Assembly: GCA_047602425.1 (NCBI GenBank)
Contig: JASGHG010000001.1
Location: 1,024,001-1,088,000 of the forward strand
DNA length: 64,000 nt
Direction of reading: 5' to 3'
DNA from: Nibricoccus sp.
Lineage (GTDB): Bacteria > Verrucomicrobiota > Verrucomicrobiia > Opitutales > Opitutaceae
The notes under the pieces were generated by a model, which was not told the origin of the DNA, searched no databases, and saw nothing but the letters and a program-made list of their open reading frames with translations. Shown in pieces: positions 18,230 to 28,962 of this stretch (position 1 is its first letter; each line of letters begins with the position of its first letter). The position numbers and the translations under genes are program-made.

Positions 18230-18412
18230 TTAGGCTCCGGCGGAAATCGCGCCGCTCGGGCAGCCGCTTTCGCAGACCGCGCAATCAACGCACTTTTCGG
18301 CGTCGATGATGTAGTGACCGCCGCCTTCAGCGGCAGAAATGGCGCCCGAGGGGCAGGTGTCGACGCAAGCCGCGCAAGCGGTGCATTTTTCAGCTTCAAT
18401 AACGTAGGCCAT
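18230..18412 (-). CDS. 2[4Fe-4S] ferredoxin
   Basis: Two CxxCxxCxxxCP motifs in 60 aa. Confidence 0.95.
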   Translation of the reverse strand: MAYVIEAEKCTACAACVDTCPSGAISAAEGGGHYIIDAEKCVDCAVCESGCPSGAISAGA

Positions 18413-18829
18413 GGTAGGATGTGTTGGAGGTTAAGATGGTCGCCGCAAACGGGTGGGATCCGAACACGGCAGAGTTCGCATCAATAACATCCCTATTCGG
18501 CACGCGATAAAAATTCCCGAGGCCCTAAATGCTTACCCACGCGCTACAGGACAGCTGGACCATTTTTCTGATTTACCACGCTCCGTCCAATCGCCTGCGG
18601 CGAAAAACCCGTTCCGCCGCAGCCAAAATCATCCCGCGTGCTTCTAGTTTTTTTCAAACGAGTTACGACATATTCAGTTCGCCGTTTTGCCGGCGCCATC
18701 GCCTCGTGGAATCACGTCCGCGCCAACAGCGGCGGCCTATTGCTTCTTCTTATGGGGTCGATTTACAAAGCAACTATTCGATTCACGTATCCTCGGTCCA
18801 CTCATTGGCTACCGCTTTCTCAACCCGCG

Positions 18830-21022
18830 TTACGCTGAAGCGTACTCCGCAGTGGTCGACGCGTTGCGCGCGGAGGCGAGTTTGAAAAACTCCATGGTCT
18901 GGCGCAGGCGTTCGGCTTCGGCGGAAAGTGAATTTGCGGCGGACGCCATTTCTTCCGAGGAAGCCGCGTTTTGCTGGATGACTTTGTCGAGTTGTTGCAC
19001 GGCCTGGCTCACCTGGGCGGAGCTGTGGCTCTGTTCGTCGCTGGCCGCGGCGATTTCCTGCACGAGTTTGGCGGTTTGTTGAATGGACGGCACCAGTTCG
19101 CCGATGCGTTGGCGGGTGTTCTGCGCGAGAACGACGTTGCCGGTGGACAACTCCCCGATTTCCGCGGCGGCGGTCCGGCAGCGCTCGGCGAGTTTGCGCA
19201 CTTCCCTGGCCACGACGGCGAATCCTTTTCCATGCTCGCCCGCGCGGGCGGCTTCGATCGCGGCATTGAGCGCGAGCAGATCCGTCTGGCGCGCGATTTC
19301 CTCGATGATCGTGATGCGCCGGGCGATGTCTTCCATCGCATGCGTCGTCTTCTCGACCGTGGCGCCGGCTTCGATCGCTTCAACCGCCGAACCATTCGCT
19401 ATCTTTTCGGTTTGTTTGGCATTATTGCTGTTCGTCTGAATGCTGGCGGAAGATTCCTCGATGCTGGCGGAGATTTCCTCGATCGCGGCCGCCTGGGTCG
19501 CGGTCCCTTGCGCAAGTCCGTTCGCGCTCGTGGTGATGCCCGCGCTGCCGTGGGCAACCTGATCCGCGGCCAAGCCGACATCGGCGACGATACGGCGAAG
19601 ATTGGCGACCATCTTTTGCAGCGCCTTGCCGAGTGTGTCGTGCGCAGAGGCCTGTGGCACGTCGCGCTGGAGGTCGCCTTCTCCGATCGCGAGCGCCAGC
19701 CGCGCCTTGGCATCGAGCGTCTCGGCCATGCGGTTGGCGACTTGGGCAAGCTGAGCCGTTTCGTCGGATGAAGTGACGCGCACCCGGACGGCGAGGTCTC
19801 CCTCAGCGATTCGTTCAAGTCCCTCGACGAGTTGCCGAACCGGCCGGGCGATACCCTGCGCAACCCGGAGGCTGACCACGAGTCCCAGCAGGATCGTAAC
19901 GACGCCCGTGCCGACGATCCACCAGCACATGCGAACAAGAGCGGCGGTCGAGGTCGTCTGCGCAGTGCGATAATCCTCGCGGCAGGCGAGTCCGACAATG
20001 GCCCAATCCCACGCGGGGAAATAAGTGGCCGCGACAATCGTGTCGATAGGAGGCTGATCGGCTTCGGACAGATTGAAACGCGCATGCGTGATCTCGCCGG
20101 GTTTGGCGGTGGCGATTGTTTTAAGCAAATTTTCGATCGCCGGCTGCGAAGCCGAATCGTGCCAGGCCAGCAGGTTTTCGCCCGCTTTCTGGTCGGCCCG
20201 GCCGATGACGAGTTTGCCGCGCTGATTTCCTTTCAAAGAAGTGATGAGCACGTAGCCGTTTCGACCGATGCGATTGCGCTGAATGAGTTCCTCCAAGCCC
20301 GCATTGACTTCGGACCAGGGCACGCCGACGTAGAGCATGCCGATGACGCGGTTGTGCTCAGGGTTCCAGATCGGCTCGTACACCGTGGTGTGCCAATCGT
20401 TGACGACAAAAGCCCGCCCGTGAAACGGTTTTCCCGCGAGCACGCTGGCGATGACGGGATTTTCCGCGCCCGTCGCGTCGTGGCTCGGGATGAAGGTTCC
20501 CACCGCGCGTTTGCCATCGAGAGTCCGTACGCTCGTGCAAACCCGGATCATGTCGCCCTCTTCGTTCATGCGTTGAAAAACCGTGCAGAAGTCGCGCGTG
20601 AAACGAGTGATCTCATCCACAACTGGCGCGGGTGTCGTAAACTCGTTGGCTTGCCCCAGCCAACGTTCCCCCACCCGCATCTCGGGTAGTTTCATGGGCA
20701 CCGATTTCTTGGTGAGCTGGTTGACCGCCTGCCATTCGACGAGGCGTTGGCCGGTGTTCAGGTCGCCAGCACCGTCGATCAAGCTACGCGTGAGCCCCAA
20801 GTTGTATTCGAGCCGTTTTTGGGTCCGGTCTTCCGAAAGTTGGCAAAGCTGATTGACGGTCAAAACCAGTTTTTCGGCGTCGCGCGGCGCCTCTTGGTCG
20901 AAAAGGACGCCGAGCGTTCTTTCCAATTTGACCCTCTGCACCCACGTCACCGCAAACATCGTCAGCGACGCCGCCGCGACCATGCCTATGCCCAACAAAC
21001 AGATTTTAGTTCGGATTTTCAT
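18830..21022 (-). CDS. Methyl-accepting chemotaxis protein (Cache sensor, HAMP, MCP signal domain)
   Basis: Two TMs; TVFQRMN...GKRAVGT...IGMLYVG Cache region; [30 protein letters not shown]. Confidence 0.93.
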   Translation of the reverse strand: MKIRTKICLLGIGMVAAASLTMFAVTWVQRVKLERTLGVLFDQEAPRDAEKLVLTVNQLCQLSEDRTQKRLEYNLGLTRSLIDGAGDLNTGQRLVEWQAVNQLTKKSVPMKLPEMRVGERWLGQANEFTTPAPVVDEITRFTRDFCTVFQRMNEEGDMIRVCTSVRTLDGKRAVGTFIPSHDATGAENPVIASVLAGKPFHGRAFVVNDWHTTVYEPIWNPEHNRVIGMLYVGVPWSEVNAGLEELIQRNRIGRNGYVLITSLKGNQRGKLVIGRADQKAGENLLAWHDSASQPAIENLLKTIATAKPGEITHARFNLSEADQPPIDTIVAATYFPAWDWAIVGLACREDYRTAQTTSTAALVRMCWWIVGTGVVTILLGLVVSLRVAQGIARPVRQLVEGLERIAEGDLAVRVRVTSSDETAQLAQVANRMAETLDAKARLALAIGEGDLQRDVPQASAHDTLGKALQKMVANLRRIVADVGLAADQVAHGSAGITTSANGLAQGTATQAAAIEEISASIEESSASIQTNSNNAKQTEKIANGSAVEAIEAGATVEKTTHAMEDIARRITIIEEIARQTDLLALNAAIEAARAGEHGKGFAVVAREVRKLAERCRTAAAEIGELSTGNVVLAQNTRQRIGELVPSIQQTAKLVQEIAAASDEQSHSSAQVSQAVQQLDKVIQQNAASSEEMASAANSLSAEAERLRQTMEFFKLASARNASTTAEYASA

Positions 21023-21232
21023 GACGCCTGGGGTACCCGCGCTGGAGAGGATAATGATATAAGTTCCTCCCGGAGTGCACCGACGGAGGATAAGATCCAA
21101 TATCGGACGCCCCTGCGCGCGCTTGAATACCCACAACCAGAAATATCGACAAACATCGAAACTCGCCAAAAGACGCATCCTGCCTCCCCAGCCCGCAAAT
21201 CACACAAGCCATTTAAAAGTCTCAACTTATAA

Positions 21233-21309
21233 TGGTGGACGGTACTGGACTCGAACCAGTGACCCCGTGCGTGTGAAGCACGTGCTCTAACCAACTGAGC
21301 TAACCGTCC
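21233..21309 (-). tRNA. tRNA-Val (CAC)
   Basis: GGACGGT/ACCGTCC acceptor stem; CGTGC-TTCACAC-GCACG anticodon arm; TTCGAGT T-loop; encoded CCA. Confidence 0.97.
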
Positions 21310-21348
21310 GTCGTGGAGGGCTAAACGTGGGGGGCCGCCGCGCGCAAA

Positions 21349-22074
21349 TCAACTCTGTTTTGCGGACCCGCCCATCTTGGTTTTTCCACCCACCGCCTGA
21401 CCGCCGGTCGGCGCATGCACGCTGGCCGCGTTTACCCGGACGGCCCGCCGTTTGCCGTCGTTCAGCGTGCGGCAAATTTCGCAATGCTTCCCGTCGCAAC
21501 CGCGCGCCGTGCAATGTTCCCGCCCGTAGTAAATAATGCGCAGGTGCAACTGGTTCCAACGCTCCGTCGCGAAAAGTTTTTTCAAATCCCGCTCGGTTTG
21601 CACCACGCTGCTCCCGTCGCTTAGCCGCCAACGTTCCGCAAGCCGGTGGATGTGCGTGTCGACGGGAAACGCCGGCACGCCGAAAGCCTGCGACATCACC
21701 ACCGAGGCGGTCTTGTGGCCCACGCCCGGAAGTTCTTCCAGCTCCTCGAAACTCCGTGGCACCTCCCCGCCGTGTTTCTCGATGATGATTTTCGACAGCC
21801 CCGCAATGGCCCGCGCTTTCATTGGCGAAAGCCCGCAAGGCCGCACAATGGCGTCGATTTTTTCAACCGGCATGTGCGCCATCGCCCGGGGATTGTCGGC
21901 GAGCGCAAAGAGCAAGGGCGTGATTTCGTTCACCCGTTTGTCTGTGCACTGCGCCGAGAGCACCACCGCCACGAGCAGCGTGTAAGCGTCGCGATGCGCC
22001 AGCGGAATCGGCGTCTCCGGATACAGCTCCTCCAAACGTCGATCGACGAAGGCGGCTCGCTCGACTTTGGTCAT
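21349..22074 (-). CDS. nth: Endonuclease III
   Basis: LSAQCTDKRVN, HhH LPGVGHKTA, VDTHIHR, C-terminal Cys cluster. Confidence 0.95.
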   Translation of the reverse strand: MTKVERAAFVDRRLEELYPETPIPLAHRDAYTLLVAVVLSAQCTDKRVNEITPLLFALADNPRAMAHMPVEKIDAIVRPCGLSPMKARAIAGLSKIIIEKHGGEVPRSFEELEELPGVGHKTASVVMSQAFGVPAFPVDTHIHRLAERWRLSDGSSVVQTERDLKKLFATERWNQLHLRIIYYGREHCTARGCDGKHCEICRTLNDGKRRAVRVNAASVHAPTGGQAVGGKTKMGGSAKQS

Positions 22075-22148
22075 GCTCGGCATGCGCGCGAACGAAGCCG
22101 CCCGCCCGCCAAAGGCAACGCCGTTTTCGCAAAAAACCAGTAGTTGTT

Positions 22149-22306
22149 ACACAGAGGACACCAGAGGATGCGCGGAGGTCACAAAGGGATCTGCAATTTC
22201 TCCGTCCTCAAAATCCTTCACCGCCTGGTGCGGGAAGGCCGACAAAATTCTAACCTATCTGAAGGCCTCCCGCCGCCTCTGTGTCTAAGCTCTGTGCACT
22301 CTGTGA
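22149..22306. repeat. Inverted CACAGAG / CTCTGTG repeat element between nth and gcvP
   Basis: Left arm ACACAGAGG...CAGAGG...CACAAAGG; right arm 3x CTCTGTG. Confidence 0.7.
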
Positions 22307-22344
22307 CACCTTCCGAGTTCCGTCTTTCGTGGCCAAATTTCCCT

Positions 22345-22372
22345 TTGCTTCCGCGGGCGCGGTTTCTAGGTT
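22345..22372 (+). promoter_or_regulatory. Sigma70-like promoter for a probably leaderless gcvP
   Basis: TTGCTT-N16-TAGGTT, 6 nt before the ATG. Confidence 0.45.
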
Positions 22373-22378
22373 CCGCAA

Positions 22379-25315
22379 ATGCCTTTGTCTTCTCCCGCGA
22401 ACGCCACCCAGCCCTCCGCTTCGTCCAGCGGCGACCTCCTCGCCCCGCTCGACACTTTCGCCCGCCGCCACAGCGGCTCTGGCGCGGCCGACGCCGCCGC
22501 CATGCTGGCCACGCTGGGCCACAGCTCGCTGGAATCGCTCGTCGACGCCGCCGTTCCCGCGCAAATCCGCCTCCCCAAACCGCTCAATCTCCCCGCCCCG
22601 CTCAGCGAAAGCGCCGCCCTCGCCGAACTTCGCGCCATCTCCAAGCAAAACGAGGTCTTCCGCAGCTTCATCGGCCAGGGCTACTATGGCACCCACACGC
22701 CCGGCGTCATTCAGCGCACCATCCTCGAAAACCCCGCCTGGTATACCGCCTACACGCCTTATCAGGCTGAAATCTCCCAAGGCCGTCTCGAAGCGCTTCT
22801 TAATTTCCAAACCCTCGTCACCGACCTGACCGGACTCGATATCGCCAACGCTTCGCTCCTCGACGAAGCCACCGCCGCCGCCGAGGCCATGGGCCTTTGC
22901 CATCGCATGGTCGCCGATCCGTCGCGCAACCAATTTTTCGTCTCCGACGCCTGCCACCCGCAAACCATCGACGTCGTCCGCACGCGCGCCAAACCGCTCG
23001 GCATCGCCATCGTCACCGGCGACCACCGCACCTTCGCTCCCGACGCCACGTTCTGCGGCGTGCTCGTGCAATACCCGGACACGACCGGCAGCATCCACGA
23101 TTTTTCATCGTTCTTCGAAAAAGCCCACGCCGCTGGCGCTCTCTGCGTCGCCGCCACCGACCTGCTCGCCCTCACGCTCCTGCGGGCACCCGGCGAATTC
23201 GGCGCCGACGTCGTCGTTGGCTCAGCCCAACGGTTCGGCGTTCCCATGGGCTTCGGCGGCCCGCATGCCGGCTTCATGGCCACAAAAGATGGCCACAAAC
23301 GCCAGATGCCCGGCCGCCTCGTCGGTGTTTCCAAGGATGCCCAAGGCAATCCCGCCCTCCGCCTCGCCCTCGGCACGCGCGAACAACACATCCGTCGCGA
23401 CAAGGCGACGTCCAACATCTGCACCGCGCAGGTATTGCTCTCCGTTCTCGCCTCGATGTACGCCGTCTATCACGGCCCCGACGGTCTGCACCGCATCGCA
23501 ACCCGAACCACCGCCCTTACCCAACTTCTCAAATCCGCCGCCTCCGCCGCCGGCCTCACGGTTAACGCCGAGCCCGTCTTCGACACCGTGCGCATCAGCG
23601 GTCTCGACGCCTCTGCCGTCCACGCCCGCGCCAAAGCCAAGCGCCTCAACCTCCGCCCCATCGACGCCAAGACCGTCAGCCTCTCCCTCGACGAAACGAC
23701 CACGGAGTCCGACCTCCGCGACCTCGCCGAAGTCCTAGGCCTGAAACTTCCTCTTCAGCTACCAATTACCAACTACCAACTACCAACTGCTTTCGCCCGC
23801 ACCTCCGCTTTCCTCAAGCACCCCGTTTTCACCTCCTACCACACCGAGCACGAGATGCTGCGCTACATCAAGCGCCTCGAGACCCGCGACCTTTCGCTCG
23901 TCCACTCGATGATTTCGCTCGGCTCGTGCACGATGAAGCTCAACGCCACGAGCGAGATGTTTCCGGTGACGTGGCCCGAGTTCGGACAACTCCATCCCTT
24001 CGCTCCTGCCGAACAAACCCGCGGATACAAAAAGCTCACCACCGACCTCGAAACCTGGCTCGCCGAGATCACCGGCTTCGCCGCCGTCTCGCTCCAGCCC
24101 AACGCCGGCTCCAACGGCGAATACGCCGGCATGCTCGCCATTCGCGACTGGCATGCCTCGCGCGGCGAAGGTCATCGCAACATCTGCCTCATTCCGACCA
24201 GCGCCCACGGCACCAATCCTGCCACCGCCGCCATGGCCGGCATGACCGTCATCGCCGTCGCTTGCGACACCCAGGGCAACATCGACGTCGCCGACCTCCG
24301 CACCAAGGCCAGCCAGCACGCTAAAAATCTCTGCGCGCTGATGATCACCTATCCCTCGACGCATGGTGTATTCGAGGCTTCGATACGCGACATCTGCGCG
24401 ATCATCCACGAGCACGGCGGCCAAGTCTACATGGACGGCGCCAACATGAATGCCCAAGTCGGCCTGACTTCGCCCGGCTTCATCGGTGCTGACGTCTGCC
24501 ATCTCAATCTCCACAAAACCTTCGCCATCCCCCACGGCGGTGGCGATCCCGGCGTCGGCCCAATTGGCGTCGCCAAACATCTCGTCCCTTTCCTCCCCGG
24601 ACACGTGGTTTGGAGCCAAGCAAACGCCTCCTCCCCCACTGCCCATCACCCATCACCCATGACCCCGGGTCGCGCCGTCAGCGCGGCCCCCTACGGCTCC
24701 GCCAGCGTGCTCCCGATTTCCTGGATGTACATCCGCATGCTCGGTGCAACCGGCGCAACCGAAGCCACCCGGATCGCCATCCTCAACGCCAACTACGTCG
24801 CCCGCCGTCTCGATGCGCACTACCCCGTGCTCTACAAAGGCGCCAGCGGCCTCGTAGCCCACGAATGCATCATCGATTGCCGTGGCTTCAAAAAGCACGG
24901 CATCGAAGTCGAGGACATCGCGAAGCGCCTGCAGGACTATAACTATCACGCCCCGACCATGAGCTGGCCCGTCGCCGGCACGCTCATGATCGAGCCGACC
25001 GAAAGCGAAGCCAAAGTTGAACTCGACCGCTTCTGCGACACGCTCATTTCGATCGCAGGGGAAATAGCCGCCATCGCCAAAGGCGAAGCCGACAAGACCA
25101 ACAACGTCCTGAAAAATTCCCCGCACACCGCCAAGGTCGTGTGTTCCGACAAGTGGGACCGCCCCTACTCCCGCGAGTTGGCCGCCTTCCCGACTGAGTT
25201 CGTGCGCGAGCACAAATTCTGGCCGGCCGTGGGCCGTGTCGACAACGTCTATGGCGACCGCAACCTCGTCTGCTCCTGCGTCGGCATGGAAGCCTTCGCC
25301 GAACAGAAGAGCTGA
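22379..25315 (+). CDS. gcvP: Glycine dehydrogenase (decarboxylating), P protein
   Basis: [44 protein letters not shown]-Lys [15 protein letters not shown]. Confidence 0.98.
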   Translation: MPLSSPANATQPSASSSGDLLAPLDTFARRHSGSGAADAAAMLATLGHSSLESLVDAAVPAQIRLPKPLNLPAPLSESAALAELRAISKQNEVFRSFIGQGYYGTHTPGVIQRTILENPAWYTAYTPYQAEISQGRLEALLNFQTLVTDLTGLDIANASLLDEATAAAEAMGLCHRMVADPSRNQFFVSDACHPQTIDVVRTRAKPLGIAIVTGDHRTFAPDATFCGVLVQYPDTTGSIHDFSSFFEKAHAAGALCVAATDLLALTLLRAPGEFGADVVVGSAQRFGVPMGFGGPHAGFMATKDGHKRQMPGRLVGVSKDAQGNPALRLALGTREQHIRRDKATSNICTAQVLLSVLASMYAVYHGPDGLHRIATRTTALTQLLKSAASAAGLTVNAEPVFDTVRISGLDASAVHARAKAKRLNLRPIDAKTVSLSLDETTTESDLRDLAEVLGLKLPLQLPITNYQLPTAFARTSAFLKHPVFTSYHTEHEMLRYIKRLETRDLSLVHSMISLGSCTMKLNATSEMFPVTWPEFGQLHPFAPAEQTRGYKKLTTDLETWLAEITGFAAVSLQPNAGSNGEYAGMLAIRDWHASRGEGHRNICLIPTSAHGTNPATAAMAGMTVIAVACDTQGNIDVADLRTKASQHAKNLCALMITYPSTHGVFEASIRDICAIIHEHGGQVYMDGANMNAQVGLTSPGFIGADVCHLNLHKTFAIPHGGGDPGVGPIGVAKHLVPFLPGHVVWSQANASSPTAHHPSPMTPGRAVSAAPYGSASVLPISWMYIRMLGATGATEATRIAILNANYVARRLDAHYPVLYKGASGLVAHECIIDCRGFKKHGIEVEDIAKRLQDYNYHAPTMSWPVAGTLMIEPTESEAKVELDRFCDTLISIAGEIAAIAKGEADKTNNVLKNSPHTAKVVCSDKWDRPYSRELAAFPTEFVREHKFWPAVGRVDNVYGDRNLVCSCVGMEAFAEQKS

Positions 25316-25376
25316 CCAATTCCTCCACGAACCATTCGCCATCCGCCCCTAAAACGATCTCATCGGGGGTTGCCCC

Positions 25377-26195
25377 ATGACATCATTTCCTCCCCGACTT
25401 CACTGCATCCTCGCTCGCGAGGCTCGGTTAGGGATTGTCATCCGGCGCGGACCCAGCAAATCCGTCTGCACGCTGAAGTGGGACCTAGATAAAGACACGT
25501 TCAAGCTCGGCCAATGGATGCGCGGGCGCATCTACGAACGCCGCTGCGATCTCTCGCCCGATGGGAAACACTTCCTCTATTTCGCGATGAACGGGCGCTG
25601 GCAGTCCGAGTCGACCGGCGCGTGGACAGCCATTTCGAAAACACCCTACCTCAAAGCCACGATTATGCTAACCAAGGGCGACTGCTGGCATGGTGGTGGC
25701 CTGTTTACTTCTAACCATCGATACTGGCTCAACGATGGCTATGGACACCAAGTCCTAAGAGACAATCGCCAGTTGATTCGCGATTCATCTTTTCAGCCTA
25801 AAGAACACTTCGGCGGCGAATGCCTACATGTATACTACAACCGCCTGATGCGGTATGGTTGGACTTTGCTCGACGAGAAATCCGGCAGCGCCCACGCAAT
25901 TTTCGAAAAGCCACTGGGATTAAACCTCGTGCTTCGCAAATACTGTTTTGCGGAAATCAATCAACCGCCCGGTAATGGCTGTTACTATGATCGTCACGCG
26001 ATCATCACGAAAACCGGCGAACTTGTGCAGGATTTCCCGCATTGGCAGTGGGCCGAGCTCGACAAACGACGACTCATCTGGGCAGAGGACGGACGCCTGT
26101 TCTCCGGCTACGTCCACAAATCCGGCGTTCGCAATCCCAAGTTGCTGCACAATTTCTCCGCGATGCGCTTCGAAGCTCGCCCCGCGCCATACTGA
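25377..26195 (+). CDS. Hypothetical protein, Trp/Gly-rich, possibly beta-propeller-like
   Basis: 272-aa ORF with ATG; RRGPSK, GRIYERRCDLSPDG, WHGGGLF. Confidence 0.75.
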   Translation: MTSFPPRLHCILAREARLGIVIRRGPSKSVCTLKWDLDKDTFKLGQWMRGRIYERRCDLSPDGKHFLYFAMNGRWQSESTGAWTAISKTPYLKATIMLTKGDCWHGGGLFTSNHRYWLNDGYGHQVLRDNRQLIRDSSFQPKEHFGGECLHVYYNRLMRYGWTLLDEKSGSAHAIFEKPLGLNLVLRKYCFAEINQPPGNGCYYDRHAIITKTGELVQDFPHWQWAELDKRRLIWAEDGRLFSGYVHKSGVRNPKLLHNFSAMRFEARPAPY

Positions 26196-26371
26196 CGAAA
26201 GATTTGCGTACGCGATCGATCCATGTGGCGATGCAAAATCGCCCCCAGAACCGCCTTGAATTCCCTATCCTATCCCATAGAACCAAGGTATCTCCGTGGA
26301 GGTCCAGCTCCAGCCCGGTGCGAGAGCGCTTCCCAAAGTTCACAACCCCATTTCCGGAATCAATACTCTCT

Positions 26372-26953
26372 ATGGGCTATGCTATATCTTGGTTCGCCGT
26401 TCCGCAGCAACAGACCGAAACATTTCTGAACCGATTTCAACTCGTGCCAACGGGCGCCACCAACGATTTCCCGGATTCGTTGATCTCGTTCGGAAAATTC
26501 GACACAGGCTGGACCGTTCTCTGGTACGGTCGTTACGGCTGCCCGTTTCTTCGCGAGAAAGAACTTACAACCATTTCCAAAGACTATGACATCCTTTGCT
26601 GCAAAGTTGAAGAGCACGTGATGGCAAGTTCGTCCGAGCTCTGGTCAGGTGGGGCGCGTAAATGGTTGATTTCACACGAGGGCGAAAACGGCCCAAAGGG
26701 TCTCGACATCGAGGGCACGCCTCCGGAATCGCTCTCGGCAATTCGCCAGGAAATGGAAGCGACGCAGCTGGCCGAAGGTGGAGATGATGCAGAGGTTGAT
26801 TACATCTTCGAAATCCCGCTGGCCGTCGCGGAAAAGATCGTCGGTTTCAAACATGACTCCGATTCGCCGCACCTGATCGGAAAACAATTTCTGTCCCTAA
26901 AGCAGACCACCTCCGCTTCAGGTTTCTTCGGTCGCTTCTTCGGCAAAGGCTGA
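26372..26953 (+). CDS. Hypothetical protein, immunity-protein-like
   Basis: ATG at 26372 (MGYAISWFAV...VEEHVMAS...VDYIFEIP...GFKHD); ends GFFGRFFGKG. Confidence 0.7.
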   Translation: MGYAISWFAVPQQQTETFLNRFQLVPTGATNDFPDSLISFGKFDTGWTVLWYGRYGCPFLREKELTTISKDYDILCCKVEEHVMASSSELWSGGARKWLISHEGENGPKGLDIEGTPPESLSAIRQEMEATQLAEGGDDAEVDYIFEIPLAVAEKIVGFKHDSDSPHLIGKQFLSLKQTTSASGFFGRFFGKG

Positions 26954-26981
26954 GCCTGTCCATCCCCGATCACAAAACGAG

Positions 26982-27749
26982 ATGAAAGTTTTCACCAAAA
27001 GTTTGCTCATTCTCCTAACCACCATGAGTTTTCTTGCGCGACTATTCGGAGCGACGCCAACCGACCCAAAAGCGGCAAAGCTGTTCGATAACATTTCCCC
27101 CATGAGCGCCGAAGCGTTTGAACGCAAACAACGGTCGATAAAATTTCTGAAAGAAAAGGGCGTACCGATCATGGGCGAACTTCCCGCCATTGAAGACAGC
27201 AAGAACTCCAAGATTCGGGCTCCAAAACAAATTTCCGAACGCATCATCGGATGCATGATCTGCGCGGTCGGAGGAGAGACCGGTGACAGGCAACTGACCG
27301 CAAAACTCATAGACGAATACTCTGCGGAAAAATTCCTGACGACAGCCGAGAAAAACTTTCTATTGAACGGTATAGATGACCGGCAGCAACGGGTCCAGTT
27401 TTCTTGGCGATATGAGCGTGTTTGGGTGCTTCTTTGGGCTCTCGGGTATATTGATCGTCTCGACTATCCACCCTCGATTTGCGACATGCCCAAGCTGGTA
27501 GGCTTGATTAAAAACAAATCAGTCGAACAGCTGCTCAAAGACGCGAAGCCGAGGAGCCAAAAAGAACTCTTGGATGAGGCAGATCTCATCTATCGATTAA
27601 ATTGGGCCGTGGTCGATGAACGGGTGAATAAGAAAGTTTCTGTTCCCAAGGAGGTCGAAACAGGAGTGGTCGAAGAACGCCATGCAGCCCTCAATTGGTT
27701 GATCGGATATCTGAACCAAGAGTGGGACGAAATCACCACCGATACTTAA
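26982..27749 (+). CDS. DUF4272 domain protein
   Basis: WRYERVWVLLWALG, LLDEADLIYRLNWAVV, VEERHAALNWL, WDEITTDT. Confidence 0.85.
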   Translation: MKVFTKSLLILLTTMSFLARLFGATPTDPKAAKLFDNISPMSAEAFERKQRSIKFLKEKGVPIMGELPAIEDSKNSKIRAPKQISERIIGCMICAVGGETGDRQLTAKLIDEYSAEKFLTTAEKNFLLNGIDDRQQRVQFSWRYERVWVLLWALGYIDRLDYPPSICDMPKLVGLIKNKSVEQLLKDAKPRSQKELLDEADLIYRLNWAVVDERVNKKVSVPKEVETGVVEERHAALNWLIGYLNQEWDEITTDT

Positions 27750-27927
27750 ACTTCTCTCCCCTGACAAAAAACGCCTATGCCCTGTTCTCGATAGAATTTC
27801 CGTCCTAGAAAAACCGTTTTTCAATCAGCCAGACCGCGTCATGTCCTGACTCTTGACCGTTTGGATACGTCTCCCGGTTATGGCCGGTGACAATTTGCAA
27901 CACGGCATCATTTGGTTATGATTGCAG

Positions 27928-27954
27928 TGTCCGGAAAGAGGCTGGTTGTTCGTC
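27928..27954 (+). promoter_or_regulatory. Possible ECF41/42-type promoter (TGTC...CGTC)
   Basis: TGTCCG-N17-CGTC upstream of the DUF1428 gene; single instance only. Confidence 0.3.
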
Positions 27955-28008
27955 GTATTATTCAAAGCGAGCCTGCGCCCGCGTCATTCAAACCAAGGAG
28001 TTGTTACC

Positions 28009-28371
28009 ATGAGCCTGTACACTGATGGATTCGTTGTTCCCGTACCCAAGCGCAAGCTGAAGGCGTATCTCAAGATGGCCCGCCAGGCCGCCAAGATCTG
28101 GCGCGAGTACGGAGCGGTGGACTACAAGGAATGCGTGGGCGACGATCTCAAACCTTCGTTCGGCCTGCCCTTCCCCAAGGGAATCCGCCTCAAATCTGGC
28201 GAGACCGTGGTGTTCTCGTGGATCGTCTACAAGTCGAAGGCGCATCGCGACAGCGTGAACAAGAAGATCATGGCGGACCCGCGCATGGCGGCGATGTGCG
28301 ACCCCAAGAATCCGCCGTTCGATTTCAAACGCATGCTCTACGGTGGCTTCAAGGTTGCTGTGTCCGGCTGA
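28009..28371 (+). CDS. DUF1428 (YbaA-like) protein
   Basis: YTDGFVVPVP, ETVVFSWI, HRDSVNKKIMADPR, PFDFKRMLYGGF; AAGGAG RBS. Confidence 0.9.
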   Translation: MSLYTDGFVVPVPKRKLKAYLKMARQAAKIWREYGAVDYKECVGDDLKPSFGLPFPKGIRLKSGETVVFSWIVYKSKAHRDSVNKKIMADPRMAAMCDPKNPPFDFKRMLYGGFKVAVSG

Positions 28372-28516
28372 CGAATCTGAAGGGGTGGAGAAACTTCGCA
28401 GTTTTCACTCAGCCGGAATCGACCCGGCAGCGACATCCGTTCGGCAGCTCAGGGTCGGGTCCAAGCAAGGTTCAGCCACTTGACGACTTTGCTATAACGT
28501 ACGCATTTACGCCGTA

Positions 28517-28837
28517 ATGCATCGCAACGTCCACTCCCTGCTAACCAAAGAGCTGTTCAAGCAGGCTCTTGCTTCAGTGGCCGTTGCGCTCGTGCTGCTG
28601 TTGACGTTTCTCTCAGCCAGCCCCCAGGCGCACGAATGGTTGCATGTCGATGCCGGGCAAACCGAGCACGAGTGCGCGATCACCTTGTTTTCCCACGCGA
28701 CCGAGGCCCCTTTGGTGGCCGTTCTTCTCGCCGTAGTGATCTGGCGCCGGGAATCGTTCGTCTGCAAAGCATCTGTTGTTTTTGTTTCGCTGCCGGACTT
28801 CCGGCTTCTGCCGGGACGGGCTCCTCCTGTGCGTTGA
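28517..28837 (+). CDS. DUF2946-like leader protein ending in RAPP (putative ribosome arrest peptide)
   Basis: TM/signal segment, HEWLH...EHECAITLFSH, C-terminal PGRAPPVR; directly upstream of a TonB-dependent receptor. Confidence 0.7.
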   Translation: MHRNVHSLLTKELFKQALASVAVALVLLLTFLSASPQAHEWLHVDAGQTEHECAITLFSHATEAPLVAVLLAVVIWRRESFVCKASVVFVSLPDFRLLPGRAPPVR

Positions 28838-28962
28838 CACAGGACCAGAGGATAAAAACCCGATAATGCGGGCGAAGTGCGCCCGCGTTTAGCTCATGCG
28901 TATGGTTTTGGCTAAAGCCAGTCCGCGCGTGGGCACGTTCAATAATCGCAGCATTCATCAAC

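Noticed and set aside
18413..21233. Genomic island integrated at tRNA-Val carrying the MCP
   Set aside because: No integrase and no duplicated tRNA 3' end found; only AT-rich flanks.
22084..22378. Glycine riboswitch upstream of gcvP
   Set aside because: No recognisable aptamer; the spacer holds the CACAGAG element and a promoter next to the ATG.
26196..26371. Integron attC sites between accessory genes
   Set aside because: No RYYYAAC...GTTRRRY pair with internal dyad symmetry seen.
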